A DNA stretch of 64,000 nucleotides from Actinomycetota bacterium. Lineage in GTDB: Bacteria > Actinomycetota > CADDZG01 > JAHWKV01. The position numbers and the translations under genes were made by a program. Shown here one piece after another: positions 45,179-55,416 of the stretch. The DNA lies in NCBI GenBank assembly GCA_019347715.1, contig JAHWKU010000010.1, positions 10,805-74,804 of the forward strand, read 5' to 3'. Below the pieces are notes generated by a model that saw only the letters and a list, made by a program, of their open reading frames with translations, did not search any database and had not been told where the DNA came from. Numbering within the stretch: the stretch's first letter is position 1; each line of letters begins with the position of its first letter.

Positions 45179-46212
45179 TGGGAGGAAACGGCACTGTGCA
45201 CGCAACGGTCATCATTCCTACGCGAAATCGGCTCAAGTTTCTTCAGGAAGCTATCCATTCCATCGAAAGTCAGACTTTTGGATCTTGGAGTCTGATTGTG
45301 GTTGATGACCACTCCAATGATGGAACCCAGGAGTGGCTGAGGACATTGGATCATTCCTGGCTGGAAACTGTTCACCTGACCTCCCACCGAGAACGCTCTG
45401 CGGCTAGGAATGAGGGACTTGCCCGGGCCCGAGGCGACTTCGTACTGTTTCTCGATGATGATGATCGATTGACGAGGACGGCATTAGCGGTTCTAGTGAG
45501 TGCCTTGAGGAGACATGGGAATGCAGTGGCTGCGGTAGGGGGACGTCGAATCTTTGATGAATTCGGCCACACGAGACGAACTAGGCACCCTCGATTCGAG
45601 AGGGTCTTCGATCCCTGGGAAGAGGTTCTCCTGGGGACCTTCCTGGGCCTTCAAGGGCAAACACTTTTTCGTAGGGAGACCCTGATAGAGGTAGGCGGCT
45701 GGAATGAAGGATTAGCGCCGACTGAAGATTTGGATCTGTGGTTACGAGTCAGTAGGAAGGGCCCAGTGGTCACAGTCGGACGTATAGTCCTGGAACAGAG
45801 AGCGCATCGGGGTCAGTTACACCCACAGGATGTCAGCAAGATAGAAGATGAGATCAGTCAAGCCTTTGTGGAGACGCTGCAGCCACCAGCTCGAAATCGA
45901 GGCCGACATCTCCTGGAGGCGAGATCAGCCTACCAAGCGTGGAGGAATACATTTTGGGAAGGCCGTTGCAGGAAAGCACTCCAGCCCATGTGGGCCACGA
46001 TCACAAAGGCCCCGGAAGTTTTCCGCTCCGGAGTAAATCGATGGTATCTATGGAAAACGGTAGCGAAAACACTCATCTTTGCGGCCTTTGGTCATAGAGG
46101 AACCGTAACGATTCGAAGAGTTATGACTAAGGTCCGCCAATTTCTCAAGCGAGATCCTCGCTTGAAGCCAGAAGTGACAACCGGTAGCGCCCGACTGCCC
46201 CGAGGAAAATGA
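45178..46212 (+). CDS. GT2-family glycosyltransferase
   Basis: 344 aa. ATVIIPTRNRLKFLQEAIHSIESQTF...IVVDDHSNDGT. Confidence 0.85.
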   Translation: MGGNGTVHATVIIPTRNRLKFLQEAIHSIESQTFGSWSLIVVDDHSNDGTQEWLRTLDHSWLETVHLTSHRERSAARNEGLARARGDFVLFLDDDDRLTRTALAVLVSALRRHGNAVAAVGGRRIFDEFGHTRRTRHPRFERVFDPWEEVLLGTFLGLQGQTLFRRETLIEVGGWNEGLAPTEDLDLWLRVSRKGPVVTVGRIVLEQRAHRGQLHPQDVSKIEDEISQAFVETLQPPARNRGRHLLEARSAYQAWRNTFWEGRCRKALQPMWATITKAPEVFRSGVNRWYLWKTVAKTLIFAAFGHRGTVTIRRVMTKVRQFLKRDPRLKPEVTTGSARLPRGK

Positions 46213-46345
46213 CGAAGCAAGCAGGCAATCTTCTTCCTGCGAACGTATCCGGAATGTCGCACCGGTGATCAGAAAGTTTAGTTTTTGGGCTACCTCCTGG
46301 TTCTTTCCATCGATTCTGGTTGGCATTGCCCACGGTTAGGTAGAT

Positions 46346-47584
46346 ATGAAGGTTCTCATAGTGACGAACATGTATCCGCCCTCAGTTTCAGGTGGATACG
46401 AGCTAGCATGTCGCGACGTTGCAGTCGGTCTGCACGAGCACGGGTTTCAGATTCTGGTGCTCACCACGCTTTCAGAACAAGCGGAAGAGCCAGGGCCGGA
46501 ATTGGCCCGTATCCTGCCATTGGCCTCTGAGGGACGGGCCGCTAGCGTAATGCGGATATTTAGTTCCGGGACAAGAAGTCTTCGGCACGTTCAAAAAATT
46601 ACTGGCCAGTTTCAACCGGATGTTGTGTACTTCTGGAACCTCGTCGGGTTGCCGTTGGATGTGATCGCTTGGTTATCCAGGTCCTTTCCCTCGGTCGTGT
46701 ATGTTGCGGAATTCTGGTTTAGGGACTGGATGACTGGGCGGCGTGCCCCGGACCGCGGAGTGAACCTGATTCTTCAACTGCAAAGGATGAAAGCTGAGAG
46801 CAATAGCCGGGCAAGATTTCTGGCCTATTCATTTGGTAGATGGACAGCCCGGCGAAACTGGGATAGTTGGATAAGTTCATTCCCTTCGATGGTCCAGTTT
46901 GTCTCAGCTTTCATGCAAAAGGATGCTGAGAATCACGGTATATATCCACTGATTTCCAGAGTGATCCCGCTGGGAATTGATCACCACCTCTTCCCTTTCG
47001 AAATCCAGAGACCTGCTCGCGCTACGAAGCTGTTGTATGTAGGCAGGCTCGTCCCGTCAAAAGGAGTGGAAACTGCTATTAGGGCGATCGGTTTCGTTCG
47101 AAAGACCCTTCCGGATGCCGTCTTGACGCTGGTCGGCACGGGTCCGGCCGCCTTCTTGCGTAAACTCGAAAGGCTCATAAAGGATGAGCAGATTCCGCCA
47201 TCATCTATCCACTTCGAAGGCATGGTATCCCGCGAGAATCTTTCCGCTTTCTATAACTCACATGACATGCTGATTTTCCCTTCCGAATGGGACGAGCCTT
47301 TCCCCCTTGTCTTATTGGAAGCGATGAGTTCTGGTATTCCAATCCTGTCGAGCGGTACCGGCGGTTCAATGGAGGCGGCTGGGGACTCCGAAGTCGTCGT
47401 CTTTGAGCCTGGGAACGCGCGAATTCTTGCTGACAAAGTCATCGAACTTTCATCTGATTGGAAAAGGCGCGAACAACTGGCTCGGAATGGGCTAGTGAAA
47501 GCGAAAGACTATTCGAAGGAACGGATGATTCTTTCTATCCTGGAGGATTTTGAGCTCATTTCGCGGTCGAATGAGATGTTGTGA
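46346..47584 (+). CDS. GT4-family glycosyltransferase
   Basis: 412 aa. MKVLIVTNMYPPSVSGGYE; C-terminal EPFPLVLLEAMSSGIPILSS. Confidence 0.85.
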   Translation: MKVLIVTNMYPPSVSGGYELACRDVAVGLHEHGFQILVLTTLSEQAEEPGPELARILPLASEGRAASVMRIFSSGTRSLRHVQKITGQFQPDVVYFWNLVGLPLDVIAWLSRSFPSVVYVAEFWFRDWMTGRRAPDRGVNLILQLQRMKAESNSRARFLAYSFGRWTARRNWDSWISSFPSMVQFVSAFMQKDAENHGIYPLISRVIPLGIDHHLFPFEIQRPARATKLLYVGRLVPSKGVETAIRAIGFVRKTLPDAVLTLVGTGPAAFLRKLERLIKDEQIPPSSIHFEGMVSRENLSAFYNSHDMLIFPSEWDEPFPLVLLEAMSSGIPILSSGTGGSMEAAGDSEVVVFEPGNARILADKVIELSSDWKRREQLARNGLVKAKDYSKERMILSILEDFELISRSNEML

Positions 47585-48726
47585 GAGTACTTCTTGTTGA
47601 AAGGTGGGTTAGCGGAGGCACTGCCAAATACGCCGCCGAATTGGCGAAGTCTCTCGCCGAAGGGCTATCGCGAGCCCAGCAAGTTCATCTTCTTGCCGCA
47701 GAGTCATTTCCATACTCTCCTCCTAACGTTCATATCCACCGGTCTCTGTCCAGCTTGTACGGCGGTCAAGGGACATTGCTGAGAAGAGCTTTGACTTTGA
47801 GAGCAGGGCGGGAGCAGCAATCCAATCAAATAAGGCTATTGGTTCAGAAGTTGAGGCCCGACATTGTCCATGTACTAGGGACGAGCGCGTTGTCGTCCTC
47901 ACTACTGAAGCAGGTGAAATCGTATGGCGGGAGTGTAGTTCTCACAGTTCATGATCTTCCTTCTTCTAAAAGAGGTTTGATGCAAGTGCTGTTCAAATAT
48001 TGGAGTCGCAAGTTATTTGAGGCAGATGCAATCGTCGCGCACGGCGAGTGGACAAGGAACCAGATCCTTAGGACATCATTGTTTCCGTCCGAGAGAATCC
48101 GAGTTATTCCTTTTGGACCTCTTTATTTTGGTGAGCCTACAGAAACACCTTCGGCCCTGAGGGGTGTATTTGGACTGAACGCCGAATCGCTCACTGGCCT
48201 GTTTTTCGGATCACTGCGGTGGGAAAAGGGGCTGGATATTCTCATTCAGGCTGTAGCGAGGTCATCGAATGAGAGTTTGCAATTCTTGGTTGCAGTGAAT
48301 TCACCATCGCGAGGGGAGAAGCCCCTAGAGTGGTATGTGCATTTAGCAGAGGAGATGAAAGTAGCCAGTCGCTTCCGTTGGTTCGAGGGGTATGTTCCTG
48401 ACCGACAGGTAGCGAACTATATGGCCAGTGCAAACTTTTGCGTCTGTCCCTATCGTCGAACATTCTCCGCCCAAAGCGCAGTCTTGATGACAGCCGCGGC
48501 CTACAAAGTTCCGATGGTCGTTAGTGACGTCGGGGAGATTGGAGCGACAGTTCGGGACTGGGGCATCGGTTGGTCCGTGGAACCTGAAGATCCGAGTTCT
48601 CTGGCATCAGCGCTTGACTACCTTGATGGCTCGGTCCTTAAGAACACGTCCTGGGAGATTCCGGACTGGCCGACTGCGGCCGGTAAAACGTGGGATCTAT
48701 ACGAAAAGGTGCTATCAACCTATTGA
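47581..48726 (+). CDS. GT4-family glycosyltransferase
   Basis: 381 aa. GTG start overlaps the upstream TGA. C-terminal donor-binding block (FCVCPY...SAQSAVLMTAAAYKVPMVVSDVGEI). Confidence 0.75.
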   Translation: MRVLLVERWVSGGTAKYAAELAKSLAEGLSRAQQVHLLAAESFPYSPPNVHIHRSLSSLYGGQGTLLRRALTLRAGREQQSNQIRLLVQKLRPDIVHVLGTSALSSSLLKQVKSYGGSVVLTVHDLPSSKRGLMQVLFKYWSRKLFEADAIVAHGEWTRNQILRTSLFPSERIRVIPFGPLYFGEPTETPSALRGVFGLNAESLTGLFFGSLRWEKGLDILIQAVARSSNESLQFLVAVNSPSRGEKPLEWYVHLAEEMKVASRFRWFEGYVPDRQVANYMASANFCVCPYRRTFSAQSAVLMTAAAYKVPMVVSDVGEIGATVRDWGIGWSVEPEDPSSLASALDYLDGSVLKNTSWEIPDWPTAAGKTWDLYEKVLSTY

Positions 48727-48757
48727 TCTCTGATGCCTCAGGATCTGGCGGGGCTGC

Positions 48758-49954
48758 TTGATGGAGCTCCGAAGGCCAAAGAGCCTTAAAATTGTATTCG
48801 TCCTCAATATCCCAACTCCTTACCGCGATCCCCTGTTGGACTTGATCGGAAAGCTGGAAGGGATCGACCTGACCGTTTTGTATTGCAGTGAATCGGATCC
48901 CATGCGGACGTGGCAACTTAGGAAGGGGGGACATGAGGCGCTTTACTTGTCAGGAGCTAGCGTAGGAGGCAAACGTGGAGGGCTCAGATGGCGATTAAAT
49001 CCCAAAGTGGGTGCGACGCTATCGCGCTTGCGACCATCCCTAGTGGTTGTGGGGGGCTACATCAACCCAACAATGCAATTAGCGATGACGTGGTGCCATC
49101 GCGAGAACGTGCCATTTCTTCTGCTTAGTGAGTCTCATGACTGCAGGACACACACCTCCGAACTGAGGGAGAAGATCAAGGGTGTTGTGATTCGAAGGGC
49201 GGTAAAAAGGGCTCGCGGATTCTTGGCAGCGAGTCCGTTGGCCACAAACTATCTCATTCGATGGGGGGCCCCGCCGGATAGGGTTTTTTTGTTCCCTAAT
49301 GCTCCTGACCGAGAGGGTTTGCGGAGTAAGGCTCTGGAAGCAAGAAGTCAGGCGAAGAAATTTCGTTCACTGGGGTCGCCGCTCCTGCTATTCGTAGGTA
49401 GGTTGATTCCCATAAAGAATGTCCAGACGCTATTAAGGGCCTTTAGGACGGTTAAGCTAGCTCGCCCGAACGCTCGGTTGCTCATTGCTGGCAGCGGACC
49501 TGAGGAAAGGAAGTTGAAACGTCTAGGCCACGCGTCGCTTGATGGTGTTACCTTCTTGGGATTCGTTAGCCAACATGACTTGCCCGTTCTGTATTCAGCC
49601 GCCGATCTCTTGCTATTGCCGAGCCTCTATGAGACTTTTGGTGTCGTCGTGCTCGAATCTCTAGTCCTGGGCACCCCTGTGATCATCTCCGAAAATGTAG
49701 GCGCTAAGGACTTGATTAAAGAGGGTATTAATGGATTTGTCCTGCCTTCTCTGGATCCCGATATATGGGCTCAGACCATCATGGAGGCTACCGATCCACC
49801 GAACTTGCAGCATTTGAATCAGGGTTTGGAGATGATCGGTAACCCTTGGGACTATGACCTTTGCCTTGATAACTTCCGATCGGCCATTGAAAGCGCAATG
49901 CAAAATGGAACTTCCTCCCCGCAAAATGGCTCGGACACTTCGGCCTGGGAGTAG
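48758..49954 (+). CDS. GT4-family glycosyltransferase
   Basis: 398 aa. LLLPSLYETFGVVVLESLVLGTPVIISENVGAKDLIKEGINGFVL is the EX7E-type GT4 motif region. Confidence 0.85.
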   Translation: MMELRRPKSLKIVFVLNIPTPYRDPLLDLIGKLEGIDLTVLYCSESDPMRTWQLRKGGHEALYLSGASVGGKRGGLRWRLNPKVGATLSRLRPSLVVVGGYINPTMQLAMTWCHRENVPFLLLSESHDCRTHTSELREKIKGVVIRRAVKRARGFLAASPLATNYLIRWGAPPDRVFLFPNAPDREGLRSKALEARSQAKKFRSLGSPLLLFVGRLIPIKNVQTLLRAFRTVKLARPNARLLIAGSGPEERKLKRLGHASLDGVTFLGFVSQHDLPVLYSAADLLLLPSLYETFGVVVLESLVLGTPVIISENVGAKDLIKEGINGFVLPSLDPDIWAQTIMEATDPPNLQHLNQGLEMIGNPWDYDLCLDNFRSAIESAMQNGTSSPQNGSDTSAWE

Positions 49955-49959
49955 TCCTG

Positions 49960-51330
49960 ATGGCGAAGACGATTCAAGGCGGACGAGCAATTCTTGTAGA
50001 GGGGACGCGTCCTTCAACAATTGTGTTCCTGACGGCATCTTCTGTTATTGCAGGATGGGTTGTTGTCATGCGGCCAGCGAGTGCCCTTATCATCCTTAGT
50101 GGGCTCGTTGTAATGTTCCTGGTCCTCTCGCAGCAGGTTCTCTTTTTGGTTCCCATGACAACCTTGGCCTTGGCCGTCGGTAGCTCCAGCCTTGTCTCCT
50201 CCGATTCATCAATCTCAAACTTCAAGTTCCTTATGGTGGCGGCTGTGGCTGTCAGTGGCTTGCTAGTTCTTGCCCGGACACGCCGGGTCGCCACTGGCTC
50301 TGGCATTATTGCTGCAGCGTTTGGGTTGGTGTTTTTTGCCTTTGTTTCGAGCCTTTACTCAACTAACCCTCGTCTGACGTTTGAACACTCGGTCGCACTC
50401 TCCCTTTTGTTTCTAAGCGCTCTCGTGGCAGTCCCCCTCCTCGTTTCAGATACGGCTAATTTGATACAGCTCGTCGGCGCGGTCGCCTTGACCGCCACGG
50501 CTTTGATCGTTGGGGGAATGGTGCTGGATGCGGCCGGCTTGATAGAGGGCTTTCAGGTTGGGAGATTCCAGGGACTCTTCCAAAATCCGAACATGATAGG
50601 TGCTTTCCTCGCTCCGGTACTTCCCGTTGTGGTTATTCTCGGCGTGGGGCAGAGGCAGAGACGTAAGGTTTTTATCGTGGCTGGGTTAGTCCTTTTCTTA
50701 GCTTTACTCCTGTCAGGCTCGCGCGGCGGACTTCTATCGTCGACTTTTGGAATGGCCGTGGGTTTCGCCGTCGCACGCAACGCGAAAAGGGCGCTGCTAT
50801 GGATTCTGATGGCTGCAATTGCGGCAGGAGCCGTTATCTCGTATCTGGACATTCGCATCCGTCCAGAGGGAGAGGGACTCTTTGAGGCTGGTACGGGGAG
50901 CAATCGCCTGATGGCTTGGGAAGACGGCATGCGGGTCATTTCCGAACGACCCTTGATTGGACACGGATTTGGAGTAACGCTTGAGTACTTTCCCGAGGTG
51001 AGGACCGAAAGTCTCTACCGAGGCAGTTCTAAATTTTTTCGCTTGCATAGCAGCTTCCTGGAAACCGCACTGGAACTGGGATGGCTCGGCGCGGGCTATC
51101 TAGTCCTGCTAGCCACGTCAGGGGTATGGAGGGGATGGAGGTTAGCCAGAGCAAGACCGCATGTGAAATGGCTGGTCGCGGCCCTTGCGGGAGGAATCGC
51201 CGGGGGCGCAATGGAGGGAGTATTCGAGGCGGGTCTTCTTGCGGCAGGGGGACTGCTCGCGTTTCACTTCTGGATCTTGGTTGGGGCGGTCCATTCGTTG
51301 AGCGGTGCTCGTCACAAATTGGTGCAGTGA
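49960..51330 (+). CDS. O-antigen ligase/polymerase-like (Wzy_C) membrane protein
   Basis: 456 aa, about 11 TM helices. FQNPNMIGAFL and LLLSGSRGGLLS periplasmic-loop motifs are typical of the O-antigen ligase family. Confidence 0.8.
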   Translation: MAKTIQGGRAILVEGTRPSTIVFLTASSVIAGWVVVMRPASALIILSGLVVMFLVLSQQVLFLVPMTTLALAVGSSSLVSSDSSISNFKFLMVAAVAVSGLLVLARTRRVATGSGIIAAAFGLVFFAFVSSLYSTNPRLTFEHSVALSLLFLSALVAVPLLVSDTANLIQLVGAVALTATALIVGGMVLDAAGLIEGFQVGRFQGLFQNPNMIGAFLAPVLPVVVILGVGQRQRRKVFIVAGLVLFLALLLSGSRGGLLSSTFGMAVGFAVARNAKRALLWILMAAIAAGAVISYLDIRIRPEGEGLFEAGTGSNRLMAWEDGMRVISERPLIGHGFGVTLEYFPEVRTESLYRGSSKFFRLHSSFLETALELGWLGAGYLVLLATSGVWRGWRLARARPHVKWLVAALAGGIAGGAMEGVFEAGLLAAGGLLAFHFWILVGAVHSLSGARHKLVQ

Positions 51331-51342
51331 GTTGATCCATAT

Positions 51343-52458
51343 TTGAGGGTTCTACTCACCGTACCTTCGACGCGAATCGACTTCGGAGGACCCTTTGGTA
51401 AGGCTCTCGCTCTGTCGTCCTCGCTCCAGGCATTGGGAGTAGAAGTGATGGTGATGGGAGGCGGACTCGGAGTCGACGGGACGGTAGTTGTGGGGCTGGG
51501 ATCCCTAACCAATTTTCATGGCACACCGATTCCTAGGCAATATCGGCCTTTGCTCCGTGAGATCGAGAGAGCCCAAGTGCTGCATGTGTTGGGCTTCAGG
51601 GACCCTGTGGGTACTCTAGCCATGATCAAGGCTTCCATGAGTTCGGTTCCTCGGATACTGGAACCTTGTGGAATGCATCGTCGAAGGTTGCGTAGTGAGA
51701 CACTCAAAACCATTTTTGATCGGAGTTTGGGGAATCATCTTGTCTCCCGAAGCGCCCGACTGATTGCCACGTCTTCCCTTGAGAGCAAGGAGCTCCAGGC
51801 CGATGGAGTTGAAGAGGAAATGATTACTGTTCGTCCGAACGGGATTGATGCTGATTCATCTACCCCAGTGCACCGAAAGGAAGAGTTTCGTGAGCAGATG
51901 GACATCTTCTCCAAGCTCCCGCTCGTTCTTTCCTTAGGGCGGATTACGCGCAAGAAATCCCTCGAACATTTGCTCCTGGCCCTCACAAGAGCCCCGGACC
52001 TGGGGGCCCTGATCGTCGGGCCGGACAGCCATGATGGGACGCTGGCAAGGCTACAGGAGATGCGTACGAACCTGGGGCTTGAAGATCGGGTTTTTATTCG
52101 CGCGAGAGGCGTTTGGGGAGACGAGAAAGCACTAGCCTTGGCCTCCTCCGACCTCTTTTGCCTCCCTTCAGAGACAGAGAACTTCGGGACGGCAGCAGCT
52201 GAAGCGGCAGGAGCGGGCCTTCCGGTTATTGTCTCAGACCGGTGTGGCGTCGCTGAATATTTACCGAGGGACTCGACGAGAGTAATTCGATTCGGGGACA
52301 TTGATGGTTTGGCAATTGCTTTAAGTGATATGAGTGGCCCACGAGCCAAGATGCTGGCTGAAGCTGGAAGCAAGCAGGTGCAAGAGGATTTGGATTGGGA
52401 TGTTCTCGCTAAAGCGCAGTTGGAGATTTATCAGGATGTCCTCCGAAAAACCTTCTGA
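51343..52458 (+). CDS. GT4-family glycosyltransferase
   Basis: 371 aa. CLPSETENFGTAAAEAAGAGLPVIVSDRCG. Confidence 0.8.
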   Translation: MRVLLTVPSTRIDFGGPFGKALALSSSLQALGVEVMVMGGGLGVDGTVVVGLGSLTNFHGTPIPRQYRPLLREIERAQVLHVLGFRDPVGTLAMIKASMSSVPRILEPCGMHRRRLRSETLKTIFDRSLGNHLVSRSARLIATSSLESKELQADGVEEEMITVRPNGIDADSSTPVHRKEEFREQMDIFSKLPLVLSLGRITRKKSLEHLLLALTRAPDLGALIVGPDSHDGTLARLQEMRTNLGLEDRVFIRARGVWGDEKALALASSDLFCLPSETENFGTAAAEAAGAGLPVIVSDRCGVAEYLPRDSTRVIRFGDIDGLAIALSDMSGPRAKMLAEAGSKQVQEDLDWDVLAKAQLEIYQDVLRKTF

Positions 52459-53644
52459 TGAGAGAAGAGGGAACCCTGAGGTTCTGATTGTCAATCAATA
52501 TTTTCCCCCGGACAGCTCAGCCACGGCTGGTGTTTTTGGGGAGATCGCTGGCTTTCTGTCGAGGGCAGGCTATTCGGTTACAACTTTGAGCGGGCATCCC
52601 TCTTACTCCCCGCAAGAAAAGATTCGTTGGAAGCCGTTTAGCAGAAGAGTTACGTCGCTCGGCATAGTTGAGCGTGTTGGGTCGTTTGCGAGTTCTCGCA
52701 ATTCCAATTTCGGGAGAGCAACTAACTATATTTCCTATCTTGTCCTGGCGAGCCTGCGGGGTGCGCTCCGGCGTCGAGCTGACGTCGTTATCGTTGGGAG
52801 TGATCCTCCGATGGCCATAGGAGCGGCTCTCATTGCTGCGAAGGGACGACCAGTCATTTACACAATCCAGGATCTTCATCCTGACCTGGGCCTAGCATCG
52901 GGCTGGATCCGCGATGGATTCTTGAGTCGAGCCTGGCAAAGTCTGCACACGATGGCTATGAGAAAGGCAACAACAGTGGTGTGCTTGGGTGAAGCGATGG
53001 CTCAACGAATATTGGATAAGGGAGTCGACCCGAGGAAAGTAATAGTGATTCCTCATGGTTCTCCGTCAAAGGTTGGCGCACCCGAGAGGGCGATAGTGGA
53101 GGAGTTGAGGCAGGGTGCCGGTTTCGTGGTTGCGCATGCCGGAAATATCGGATGGGGCGGAGCGTGGGAAACGATCATCGATGCCGCCAAGATGCTGAAT
53201 GGAGAGGCATCGTTCTTATTTATTGGTGAAGGAGTGAAAGCCGACCAGGTGGTTAACTCCGGCCAGCGAGTTCTTCCGTTCCGACCCCCATCGGAAATCG
53301 GATCCGTGATGCATGCCGGCGATCTCCAGCTAGTCACTATCCGTCCAGGTGCCGAAGGCCTGGTAGTTCCCAGCAAGATGTATTCGATCCTGGCTCATGG
53401 TCGCCCCATCCTTGCCGTGGCACCTCCCACCAGCGAGGTAGCGCTGCTGGCTCAGAAAGGTGTGGGTATCGTCGCGGATCCATTTGATCCCCATGACATC
53501 GTGGACAAGATACGGTGGGCCAAGGCCCATCCGGAGAAGCTTGCAGAGATGGGCAAAAGAGCCAGAATTTTGGCATCTGAGGTTAAAAGAGACGATCAGT
53601 TGAAGAAACTGGTCTCGTTGGTAGAGGGGTTCGCCGCCAATTGA
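52435..53644 (+). CDS. GT4-family glycosyltransferase (WcaI-like)
   Basis: Track ORF 52334..53644. ATG at 52435 gives MSSEKPSDERRGNPEVLIVNQYFPPDSSATAGV, typical of WcaI-like GT4, with a 24-nt overlap on the upstream gene. Confidence 0.8.
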
Positions 53645-55377
53645 TCTTAGGTATCAACGCTTACCACGGTGATTCCTCGGCTGCTCTTTTCTCCGATGGC
53701 CGATGTATCGCCGCGGTTGAACAAGAGCGCTTTTCTCGGCTGAAGCACCATGCTGGTTTCCCGGATCTTGCGATCCAAGAGTGCCTCGAGATGGTTGTTG
53801 CCGGGCCTGAAGCTATAGAGCACATCGCCATAGGGCGCGATCCGTCAGCTCATTTTCACAACAAAGTCCTATTTGGACTGAAGCGAGTCTCCTCCATGAA
53901 GGAGATGCTCGGGGCCCGTCTGGCCAATGCTGCCAAAGTTCTGGATAACAAGGATTCAGTGGCGACAGCTCTAGGAGTCAATGCCAAAGATCTTCAGGCC
54001 AAGAACCATCGTGTGGAACATCACCGCGCTCACCTAGCGAGTGCTCTTTTTTGCTCACCCTTCGAAGATGCAGTTTGCCTCTCGGTTGACGGGATGGGGG
54101 ATTTTGCCTCGACCATGTGGGGCAGGGGAGCTGGTTCCAAGATCGATGTCGACGGCCAAGTGCTGTATCCGCACTCTCTCGGCATTTTCTATACGGCTCT
54201 CACGCAGTTCGTTGGGCTTCCGAGCTATGGCGATGAATACAAGTTGATGGGACTCTCGGCGTACGGGGAGCCGCGCTTCCTGACCCAGATGCGAGATGTC
54301 GTGCGGTTGGGAGAAGGCCTGAATGTTGAGCTGAACCTCGATTACTTCGTCCACGACAAAGAGGGCGTCGAGATGACTTGGGAACAGGGGACTCCCGAAA
54401 TCGCTCCTCTTTGGTCAAAGAAGATGGAAGAGGTTTTCGGTGCAGCACGTGCTTACCGGGGGGACGTTACGGAGAGGGATAAGGATCTGGCCGCAAGCGT
54501 TCAGGCACGACTGGAGGAGATCGTTCTCGAGATGCTGCGGCGTCTATATAAAAGGACGGGGACCCCTCGCCTCGTGATGGCCGGAGGAGTGGCGCTCAAT
54601 TGTGTGGTGAATGGCATGATTCGAAGCGAGACGCCGTTCGAGGAAGTGTGGATTCAGCCCGCCGCTAACGATGCCGGGATCTCCATCGGAGCAGGTCTTT
54701 GGGTTCAGCACCAGATCTTGGGCCAAGAGCGTTCGTGGGTGATGGATCACGCCTTGCTCGGCCCCGAGTTCTCGGACACCGACTACGAGATGGCTCTGGA
54801 AGGGCTTGATGTTCCCTATCTCTCGCTTGATGACGAGAAGCTGGTGGATGAGGCAGCCAAGCGGATCGCCGACGGAAAGATCGTCGGGTGGTTCCAGGGG
54901 AAGATGGAATTTGGTCCCCGTGCTCTTGGGAATCGCTCGATCGTTTGCGATCCCAGACGTCACGACATGAAGGACATCTTGAACTCCCGCATCAAATATC
55001 GGGAGCCGTTCCGGCCGTTCGCGCCTTCGATTCTCCAGGAGAAGACCGGCGAGTGGTTTACCCAAGACTACCCATCGCCGTTCATGCTGATGGCTTACGA
55101 GGTGAGACCCGAGAAGAAAGACGAGATCCCTGCCGTCACCCACGAGGATGGAACTGGGCGACTTCAAACCGTCGATTCGTCTACCAACCCGAGATACCAT
55201 GGGTTGATCTCCGCCTTCGAGAGACTTACGGGAGTGCCCGTGGTTCTGAACACTTCGTTCAACGAGAACGAACCGATCTGCTGTACGCCCGCGGAAGCCA
55301 TCGACTGCTTTCAGAGGACGCAGATGGATACTCTTGTGCTCGGCAACTTCATCGTCGATAAGAGGATCTCCCGATGA
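53641..55377 (+). CDS. carbamoyltransferase (NodU/CmcH family)
   Basis: 578 aa. MILGINAYHGDSSAALFSDGRCIAAVEQERFSRLKHHAGFP and HHRAHLASA (YrdC/Kae1-like fold) are characteristic. Confidence 0.9.
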   Translation: MILGINAYHGDSSAALFSDGRCIAAVEQERFSRLKHHAGFPDLAIQECLEMVVAGPEAIEHIAIGRDPSAHFHNKVLFGLKRVSSMKEMLGARLANAAKVLDNKDSVATALGVNAKDLQAKNHRVEHHRAHLASALFCSPFEDAVCLSVDGMGDFASTMWGRGAGSKIDVDGQVLYPHSLGIFYTALTQFVGLPSYGDEYKLMGLSAYGEPRFLTQMRDVVRLGEGLNVELNLDYFVHDKEGVEMTWEQGTPEIAPLWSKKMEEVFGAARAYRGDVTERDKDLAASVQARLEEIVLEMLRRLYKRTGTPRLVMAGGVALNCVVNGMIRSETPFEEVWIQPAANDAGISIGAGLWVQHQILGQERSWVMDHALLGPEFSDTDYEMALEGLDVPYLSLDDEKLVDEAAKRIADGKIVGWFQGKMEFGPRALGNRSIVCDPRRHDMKDILNSRIKYREPFRPFAPSILQEKTGEWFTQDYPSPFMLMAYEVRPEKKDEIPAVTHEDGTGRLQTVDSSTNPRYHGLISAFERLTGVPVVLNTSFNENEPICCTPAEAIDCFQRTQMDTLVLGNFIVDKRISR

Positions 55378-55416
55378 GCTTTCCCACTGCCTGGCAGTCT
55401 GGCTTCCAGATGGTTC